64,000 nucleotides of DNA. Source: a virus. Where the stretch lies: positions 15,246 to 79,245 of IMG/VR virus record IMGVR_UViG_3300046008_000478; one strand, 5' to 3'. Below, piece by piece: positions 58,204-64,000 of the stretch; position 1 is the first letter of the stretch, and each line of letters starts with the position of its first letter. The notes below the pieces were generated by a model, which worked only from the letters and a program-made list of their open reading frames with translations, ran no database searches and had not been told where the DNA came from. The position numbers were made by a program, and so were the translations under genes.

Positions 58204-58405
58204 TCCTATGCTCATCAATTGCAAGCATGTAGCCCGCGTAGTCATCAACAATTTGCATTGCGAACTTACCCGCTGATGATGGGTTCACGCAGTTATCTGA
58301 CCCAGCCACAGCCACGGCAACATCCCGCCACAATTGCAGCAGGTCATCTAGCCGGGTGCGTGGCTCCACCTGTGTTGCTCGGCGTTCAAAGTTCTTGCAC
58401 TTCAT
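58184..58405 (-). CDS. Hypothetical protein
   Basis: RBS AGGAG. Confidence 0.55.
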   Translation of the reverse strand: MKCKNFERRATQVEPRTRLDDLLQLWRDVAVAVAGSDNCVNPSSAGKFAMQIVDDYAGYMLAIDEHRNANAKT

Positions 58406-58406
58406 T

Positions 58407-58613
58407 TCAAACTCCTGATTTCTTGGGCGCATCCACAATCCCGCCTCTATATATCGACAATATTCGCACCGTGCCGCTATTGGGATTTAGATATGTTGTA
58501 CGCCTAACCCCGTCATGCGTCGGCTTCATTGGGATCGTCCTTGTGAAGCCATTGTCATGCAGTGATTTTTCCGCTGCTGCAATGCGATCTCGCTCAGTCG
58601 TTGCAAACATCAT
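58407..58613 (-). CDS. Hypothetical protein
   Basis: ATGA-coupled chain. Confidence 0.55.
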   Translation of the reverse strand: MMFATTERDRIAAAEKSLHDNGFTRTIPMKPTHDGVRRTTYLNPNSGTVRILSIYRGGIVDAPKKSGV

Positions 58614-58867
58614 TTCACACCCCTAATAACACCTGCGCAGGACTTAGCCCCACCGTACATGCCTTCCTGAATCGTCTGACCCACCGCTGTCATAAGTGCC
58701 AATCGCTTCGGTGCTACGGCATCCTCTGCTTGCGCGTCACACACCAGCGCGGCTTCCTCAAGCGCAGCCTCCCGGCACTGCTGGCCGTACTCTGTTGCCC
58801 ACGCGATCAGCGCATCTTCAAGCTGCACAAACGGCAGGGCTGGCAGGGGTGGTAGTTTGTTGGTCAT
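58610..58867 (-). CDS. Hypothetical protein (ALEEAA..C motif)
   Basis: ATGA-coupled chain. Confidence 0.6.
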   Translation of the reverse strand: MTNKLPPLPALPFVQLEDALIAWATEYGQQCREAALEEAALVCDAQAEDAVAPKRLALMTAVGQTIQEGMYGGAKSCAGVIRGVK

Positions 58868-59088
58868 TGCTCACCTCCGCCCTGCGCCCACTGCGCTGCT
58901 TTGCTTGCAAGGAAGAATGCCTCTGCACAGTTCATTTTTGATGACCGGATGTAGAGCGCGCCGCCCTCGGTGTAGCCGCAGATCAGTACATCCTTTAGGT
59001 GGTCGCTCTCGGTATCGACTAGCGCCGAATCAAGCGCCATCTGTGCTGTCATGCTGGTGCTTGCGGGTAGTCTGATTATGTTGGTCAT
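58864..59088 (-). CDS. Hypothetical protein
   Basis: ATGA-coupled chain; RBS GGAG. Confidence 0.6.
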   Translation of the reverse strand: MTNIIRLPASTSMTAQMALDSALVDTESDHLKDVLICGYTEGGALYIRSSKMNCAEAFFLASKAAQWAQGGGEQ

Positions 59089-59690
59089 TGCTGCTCTCCT
59101 TGTGTAATCCCATGCGCTGCTTCGATGGCTCGGGCAAAAGCTAGAGCCATTCTTTCGTCTTGTGGGCGTAGCGTTTGGTTAGCAGCTTCAAAGTATGCGG
59201 TGTGTATTTCCCCCTCCGTCAGTGGCTGCGCTTGTGGTGCTGCACCGGCTGCGTAGAGTGGTACAACCCGTGCTTCCATCTCGCCGCCGTCAGTTCGTTG
59301 CCTTGTGTCTTCTGCAATTACCACTGAGTCATAGACGTTGTATCGCTGCCAAGGGCCATTAGTGCGGCGAACCTCGACCAGTGCAGCCACCGGCCCCTGC
59401 CCCTCAAGGGCTGCGAGCTTTGCTCGGAGTGCGTCGTAGTCCTGCTTAATCTGATTGAAGTGGTCAACGCAATCTAGGTTTGCTCTCTGCAAAGCATCAC
59501 GCTCCACCTTGTGCGCCATCGCAGCGTCATCAGCAGCTTTGCGGTACTCGTCGCGCTCTACTTTCAGTGCTGCGATCTCGTCCATGAATAGCTCACGATC
59601 CGAGGGCACCCAGCCTTCGCACCCATCTTGCTCAGTCGCTTTGCAGTGGGTGCAAGTCCCGGCTTTAAATTCGCAGGGTTTGATTGTCAT
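59085..59690 (-). CDS. Mosaic early-region (Eaa/Ea22-like) protein
   Basis: PVA...PLYA and FARAIEAAHGI modules. Confidence 0.6.
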   Translation of the reverse strand: MTIKPCEFKAGTCTHCKATEQDGCEGWVPSDRELFMDEIAALKVERDEYRKAADDAAMAHKVERDALQRANLDCVDHFNQIKQDYDALRAKLAALEGQGPVAALVEVRRTNGPWQRYNVYDSVVIAEDTRQRTDGGEMEARVVPLYAAGAAPQAQPLTEGEIHTAYFEAANQTLRPQDERMALAFARAIEAAHGITQGEQQ

Positions 59691-60013
59691 GGTGTTTCCC
59701 CTTTCATTGCTGCATAAAGTTCAACATCAATTTCATCTCGGAGTTTCTTGATGTGCGTGTAAATCACGCCACCACTCATGCCGTAAACCTCTACGACTGC
59801 AAGTGCCATGTTCAGTCCGTCATACATGCCATGTCTTGCCTGCACTGCGCCATCTTTCTCAAGCTGTTCGATACGCTGGGCCAGTGCTGCTCGGGCTTCG
59901 ATTCGCGTGTTGATCTTGGGCACGTACTTTGCAGTTGGCTCAAAGTCGATGGAGTGCCTTTCCTCTGCCATCGCTCTCGCATACGCATCAGCCAGTTCCA
60001 TTGTTGTTTTCAT
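59687..60013 (-). CDS. Hypothetical protein
   Basis: ATGA-coupled chain. Confidence 0.55.
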   Translation of the reverse strand: MKTTMELADAYARAMAEERHSIDFEPTAKYVPKINTRIEARAALAQRIEQLEKDGAVQARHGMYDGLNMALAVVEVYGMSGGVIYTHIKKLRDEIDVELYAAMKGETP

Positions 60014-60228
60014 GAGAGTTCCTTTTTTATCTGCACCCGGACTCTTGATCCGTCCACATCGAACCAGAGGGAAGTGAGACACTCACGCAACAGCGCATCC
60101 TTGCGCTCGATAGCAGCGCGGAGGTCTGTGATTTCGGCGTCCATATGTTCGGAATCAAACGCCTCTGAATGCGGGAACTCTGCTAGGCACTCCGCTTTTC
60201 TGGTCTGCCAAGTTTTGATGGTGGTCAT
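60010..60228 (-). CDS. Hypothetical protein
   Basis: ATGA-coupled chain; RBS GGAG. Confidence 0.55.
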   Translation of the reverse strand: MTTIKTWQTRKAECLAEFPHSEAFDSEHMDAEITDLRAAIERKDALLRECLTSLWFDVDGSRVRVQIKKELS

Positions 60229-60527
60229 TTCACTTCTCCTTTGGCCTGCGCCCTCAATTCCATGATGGTCTGCACAAGCTGCGCATTTGCCAGTGCAGCC
60301 TGGGCTATTTGCTCAGCTTGTTTATCGAGTGTGCAAAGTAGAGATTTCCCGCGCTTGACTTCACATGCAAGTTGCTCTGTCAGCGCCTCAACCTTGTCGT
60401 CACACCGCTTGGGGTCGTATCGCTTAGAGACAAACTTCCCCTCCAGCATTGCCGCTGCCGCCATGCGAATCTTTGGGCGGATGCCACCGTTCTCTCGCAG
60501 CTCGGATGCCAATTCTTGGGCGGTCAT
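60225..60527 (-). CDS. Hypothetical coiled-coil protein
   Basis: ATGA-coupled chain. Confidence 0.55.
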   Translation of the reverse strand: MTAQELASELRENGGIRPKIRMAAAAMLEGKFVSKRYDPKRCDDKVEALTEQLACEVKRGKSLLCTLDKQAEQIAQAALANAQLVQTIMELRAQAKGEVK

Positions 60528-60979
60528 GCTATGTAGTACCGGTATGACCCAGCCACTCCGACATAAGTCAGCTGCCGGTTTGTCAGCATGCTGGATAGAG
60601 TCCGGCCTGGTGCATTTATGCGAAGCTCAGCAGACACCTCTCGGGCAGTGAGCCCGGGCTTTCTTGTCAGCAGGTCTTTGATTCGTGGGATCTGCCCAGA
60701 GCGAGATAAGGATGCATCACCCGCGTATGTGTAGCCGTACTTGCCGCCATGCCCACTCTTTAGCGATTGAAGTAAGAGCTTCTGCTTGTGCAGGCGAGCA
60801 ATGAACCGCGTAACCATGGCGGATGAAATGCCGAAATGCTTTGTCGCCTCATAGGTGGTGGAGACTCGGCCAATGTTTTTAAAGAAAAGGCAGACATCAT
60901 CTATCGATACCTCTGGCCTGACCACTGGCGCGACGAATGGGTTTATCCCATTGGCAAAAGTTGTTTTTGGCTCTGTCAT
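60524..60979 (-). CDS. Tandem winged-helix DNA-binding protein
   Basis: ATKHFGISSAMV and PGLTAREVSAEL wHTH patterns. Confidence 0.6.
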   Translation of the reverse strand: MTEPKTTFANGINPFVAPVVRPEVSIDDVCLFFKNIGRVSTTYEATKHFGISSAMVTRFIARLHKQKLLLQSLKSGHGGKYGYTYAGDASLSRSGQIPRIKDLLTRKPGLTAREVSAELRINAPGRTLSSMLTNRQLTYVGVAGSYRYYIA

Positions 60980-61002
60980 TGTTTCCCTCTTTGAATGACT
61001 GC

Positions 61003-61031
61003 AGTATGCCATACAGCATACAAAAAGTCAA
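61003..61031 (-). promoter_or_regulatory. Sigma70-type promoter TTGACT-17-CATACT
   Basis: Exact 17-bp spacer; upstream of the 60979 start. Confidence 0.7.
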
Positions 61032-61070
61032 GCGTTAAGAGTGACCCCGATTACGCTCGGGGTCTTGGCG

Positions 61071-61277
61071 TCACTTGTACCAGTCTGCAGCCTCTCCATA
61101 GACGCCAATCACCTGGGTCATGGTAGAGCGTGGCGCCTGGATAATCTTGGATGCCCTTGCGTACCACTTCTTGAAGCTGCGCGCAGTCTCGATGCCGCCG
61201 GTGTTTACCTTTGCAGGTACGCGCTTCAGCATAACGGAGACCTTGTCCACAAGTAGCTGTCGCTCATCGGTTGCCAT
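61071..61277 (-). CDS. Hypothetical protein
   Basis: Operon position. Confidence 0.55.
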   Translation of the reverse strand: MATDERQLLVDKVSVMLKRVPAKVNTGGIETARSFKKWYARASKIIQAPRSTMTQVIGVYGEAADWYK

Positions 61278-61281
61278 GGCG

Positions 61282-61521
61282 CTACTCGATGCAAGACTGC
61301 GCTACTGCTGAGCGCGTCTCATCACTGACATCCTGGTCGCCGGCGACCTCGATCTCCACGCCAGCCTTAGCCATGGCGAAGACCTCATGCTGCGCCGGGA
61401 TGTCGGCAGTGAACTCATTGCGCGCCACATAGGCTATGGCGCCGCGTGGTGTGGATGCCTCAATGAGGCGCTGCTTTCCGGAGTTATCCTTGACGCGGTA
61501 CAGACGTGTTTTTGAAGCCAT
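61282..61521 (-). CDS. Hypothetical phage protein
   Basis: RBS AAGGA; RLY.V...RLIEA...A..YVA. Confidence 0.65.
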   Translation of the reverse strand: MASKTRLYRVKDNSGKQRLIEASTPRGAIAYVARNEFTADIPAQHEVFAMAKAGVEIEVAGDQDVSDETRSAVAQSCIE

Positions 61522-61548
61522 GATTTTTCCTTTGAAAAGTTGTTGTTT

Positions 61549-62055
61549 CTATAAAGTGTTGAATGAATGGAGTGATCTTTTCTTGTCTAGGTATGCTTGG
61601 TGTGCATCCATTGGATTGGAAAAATCGCCAATTCTTATGCGTTTTTTATTTGCCTGAATTCCAGATACCCAAACCCCGCGCCTCTTGTCCCATGAGACAC
61701 CAAGCAGCCCGCAAGATTTGTTATTTACTTGGGCCTTTACCTTGTTTTCACCGTTTTGCCGACTGTTTGCCTCTCTTAAATTTGCGATGCTGTTATCTGT
61801 TTTAATGTGATTGATGTGGTCTATCTGGTCTAGTGGCCACTTTCCATGAGCCATTGCCCATGCAATGCGGTGTGCGTAATATGTCTTTGCGCCAATCGAG
61901 ATGAGCCAATATTTGCGACCCATCCATCCGGCCACATCACCAGCAACACCTCGCGGCGGACGACTTTGCTTCCATTTAAAAACTCCAGTCTCTTGGTCAT
62001 AAGACAGAATCTCATAAAGTCGCATCGGGTCGAGTGTTTCAATTCTTGGTCTCAT
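61549..62055 (-). CDS. HNH homing endonuclease with AP2 domain
   Basis: YD.ETG.F.W; AHRIAW; IDHINH.K.DN.I.NLR; GVSW. Confidence 0.9.
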   Translation of the reverse strand: MRPRIETLDPMRLYEILSYDQETGVFKWKQSRPPRGVAGDVAGWMGRKYWLISIGAKTYYAHRIAWAMAHGKWPLDQIDHINHIKTDNSIANLREANSRQNGENKVKAQVNNKSCGLLGVSWDKRRGVWVSGIQANKKRIRIGDFSNPMDAHQAYLDKKRSLHSFNTL

Positions 62056-62058
62056 GAT

Positions 62059-62331
62059 TTACCTCACAAGTCGACTGTCATTTACAAGCAACCGATACCG
62101 GTATAGGCCGTCACCCAGGTGGACCTTCTCCACCGTGTGGGCGCCGAACCTGGCCTTGCGGAGGTGGCGGAGTTGGGCGCTGACGCTTGCCTCCGGATCT
62201 CCGGTGGAACTGGCGATCTGGCCCAGCGTGCGCCACAACCCGTCATTGACGACGCGCCAGATGCGCAGGAGCTGACCCGTCAGGCGGATGTCATCTCGCA
62301 TTGCAACGTAATCTGATCCTGCGAACCGCAT
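62059..62331 (-). CDS. Small winged-helix protein
   Basis: WRTL.QI...TG.PEASVSAQLR.LRK..FG. Confidence 0.7.
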   Translation of the reverse strand: MRFAGSDYVAMRDDIRLTGQLLRIWRVVNDGLWRTLGQIASSTGDPEASVSAQLRHLRKARFGAHTVEKVHLGDGLYRYRLLVNDSRLVR

Positions 62332-62340
62332 GTCAACCCC

Positions 62341-62754
62341 TTAGAATTTTTTGCCACCGACCGCCTTGCGGTTCTCGGGCTTGTGGTCCGCGCGCTGGCC
62401 GTTGTACTGAAGCTTCTCAACGATCGCTCCAGCTACGTCCAGGTTCAGTCCTCCAGCCATATCGAAGATCCGGATAACAGCATCCGCGAGCTCCACCTCC
62501 AGCATGGTGCGACTTGGCAGCTTGTCGTCCATCAGCAGCTTGCGGTGACCCTCCATGGCCTCACTGATTTCGGAGTGCACCAGACACAGCAGCTCGCCCA
62601 CGTTCTTGACCGGCTGCAGTTTTGGGTAGCCTGTGCTGGTGGTGGTCAGGCCGGTCACAAGATCTGTCCACCATCCGTTCTCACGGGCCTGGCCATGGCA
62701 GAAGAAAGTGAGGTCGGCGCCAGCGCGCTTGATTGCCTTGGGGTCGAGTTTCAT
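62341..62754 (-). CDS. MazG-like nucleotide pyrophosphohydrolase
   Basis: LVHSEISEAMEG.RK...EVELAD.VIRIFD...EK..YN..R. Confidence 0.8.
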   Translation of the reverse strand: MKLDPKAIKRAGADLTFFCHGQARENGWWTDLVTGLTTTSTGYPKLQPVKNVGELLCLVHSEISEAMEGHRKLLMDDKLPSRTMLEVELADAVIRIFDMAGGLNLDVAGAIVEKLQYNGQRADHKPENRKAVGGKKF

Positions 62755-63140
62755 GCTGTAGCCGCTCCGCCAAAGGCCTTGCGAAGACTTGAAGATCCCG
62801 AGGCGAGGCCATCCAGCACATGCTTTGGCAAGGCGTTTGCATCACGCATGGATTTTGCATAGCCGCTTGTCAGGTCGCGAATGCTGGTTCCAGTGATTGC
62901 AATGTGGTGCTTGATGAAGCGCATTGGGTTCTGCACAATCACCGGGCAAGTGCGCGCCAGTCGGTAGCCTTGCGGTCCATTCACGCCAGATGCCTTACGC
63001 ACCCGGGTGACTAGGGGTTTGGGGCCTTTGCCAATCTTGGAGCTCTCCAGCGCCATGCGGCGGCTCAGGATGCCGACGTCGCGGATGTTGAGGGTCTCAG
63101 CTTTCAGGTGGCGCAGAGCGCGGGCGACTTTTCCGTTCAT
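62751..63140 (-). CDS. Hypothetical protein
   Basis: ATGA-coupled; MNGK.ARALR. Confidence 0.55.
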   Translation of the reverse strand: MNGKVARALRHLKAETLNIRDVGILSRRMALESSKIGKGPKPLVTRVRKASGVNGPQGYRLARTCPVIVQNPMRFIKHHIAITGTSIRDLTSGYAKSMRDANALPKHVLDGLASGSSSLRKAFGGAATA

Positions 63141-64000
63141 TTGGATTCTCCAGTGGTTGACAAATTGATCTCTCCGCCAAGGGCTGCGAGCAGGTCGGGG
63201 ATGAATTGCTCCATCTCACCGGTGAAGATTGCGACGTTTGCATCAAAGGCGTCAGCGCTGTCTTTTGGGCCGTCTTCAATGACAACATCCAGCAGCTCAA
63301 TCTTCTTGATGGCCATGGACTCGGTCAGCACAAACGACACGCGGTCGCTCCAGGTCATGGCGACGCGGGTTGGCACCTTGCCCATGGCGATGTGCTGGCG
63401 AATCTCGTCGGTGTCCAGGGCGTGGCGGGTATAACGCACCACCGCCTTGGATTCATCAGCAGCCTTGAGCTCGCACTCGCGGTCGACGCTGAAAAACTGA
63501 GGCGCCTCTTGGGAGGACAGCCAATGGGACATAGCGGCTGCCGGCGAAGCTTGGGTGTTGATCAGCTGGATGGCCAGGCCATCGATGGATCGCACCAGCG
63601 CCGTGACCACATCATCAATGCGCGCCTGGCTGGCAGAGTCAATGACCAGCAGCTTGTTTTTAGGATCGATCCACACCTGGGTAGTTGAGATCTTTGAGAA
63701 TGCATGAGGGAGGAGGGCGAGCTTTGCGTCTTCCGATATCTCACGCTTCTCTTTCTTGCCTGGCTTGCGTCCGGTGGTGGCTTCAATGTGGGCGCACTGC
63801 TCGTCCACCTTGCGCTTGATGACGTCGGCCGGCACTTGCTTGGACTCGATCATCAGCTTCAGGATGATCTGGCCGGCAACTTGCTCAACCAGTGGGCCAA
63901 ACATTTGGTCGCGTGGCGATGTCCAGCCCATGGATTTTTCTTGACTTGCGCCGCAGGGCACGAAGGCATGCGCCTGCAGTGCATCCTCAATGACAAGGCC
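63137..64000 (-). CDS. rdgC: Recombination-associated protein RdgC (5' end beyond the window)
   Basis: PCG..Q.KSMGW; GRKPGKKE; LLP.AFS; RECELK; AMTW.DRVSFVL; FDA...IFTGE; frame open to the window edge. Confidence 0.92.
   Translation of the reverse strand, partial: GLVIEDALQAHAFVPCGASQEKSMGWTSPRDQMFGPLVEQVAGQIILKLMIESKQVPADVIKRKVDEQCAHIEATTGRKPGKKEKREISEDAKLALLPHAFSKISTTQVWIDPKNKLLVIDSASQARIDDVVTALVRSIDGLAIQLINTQASPAAAMSHWLSSQEAPQFFSVDRECELKAADESKAVVRYTRHALDTDEIRQHIAMGKVPTRVAMTWSDRVSFVLTESMAIKKIELLDVVIEDGPKDSADAFDANVAIFTGEMEQFIPDLLAALGGEINLSTTGESK

Noticed and set aside
57140-62754. DNA hypermodification pathway (thyA plus MazG-like gene)
   Set aside because: ThyA keeps canonical dUMP-specific motifs (PFN) and no other modification enzymes are visible

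Overview
The window is almost entirely one temperate, podovirus-like bacteriophage genome, probably from a Betaproteobacterial host (inference from GC content and the RdgC/ThyA/integrase types). The + strand (1-55122) is the late region: Q-like antiterminator, two clusters of structured non-coding/tRNA-like RNA, terminase, portal, head-spike cassette, scaffold, N4-gp56-type major capsid, adaptors, tail fibres, lysis genes, nozzle and ejection proteins. The - strand (55096-64000) is the integration/early region: tyrosine integrase, attP-like arm repeats, xis-like gene, thyA, MazG-like gene and rdgC. There are six homing endonuclease genes (HEGs). The most striking signal is a ~5100-aa ejection 'polyvalent' protein encoded in three pieces (32739-42974, 43647-44702, 51085-55122). 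The pieces contain only four cysteines, all at the termini facing the two breaks (...VNCD / MAC...; ...LDCL / MTTKC...), suggesting a head-to-tail disulfide or adaptor rejoining system that lets inserts split the gene without splicing. An HNH gene is also hidden antisense and codon-aligned inside the third piece, and a recurrent [YFHL]-S-x-R motif marks the domain boundaries. All family assignments come from motif recognition by eye; no searches were run.
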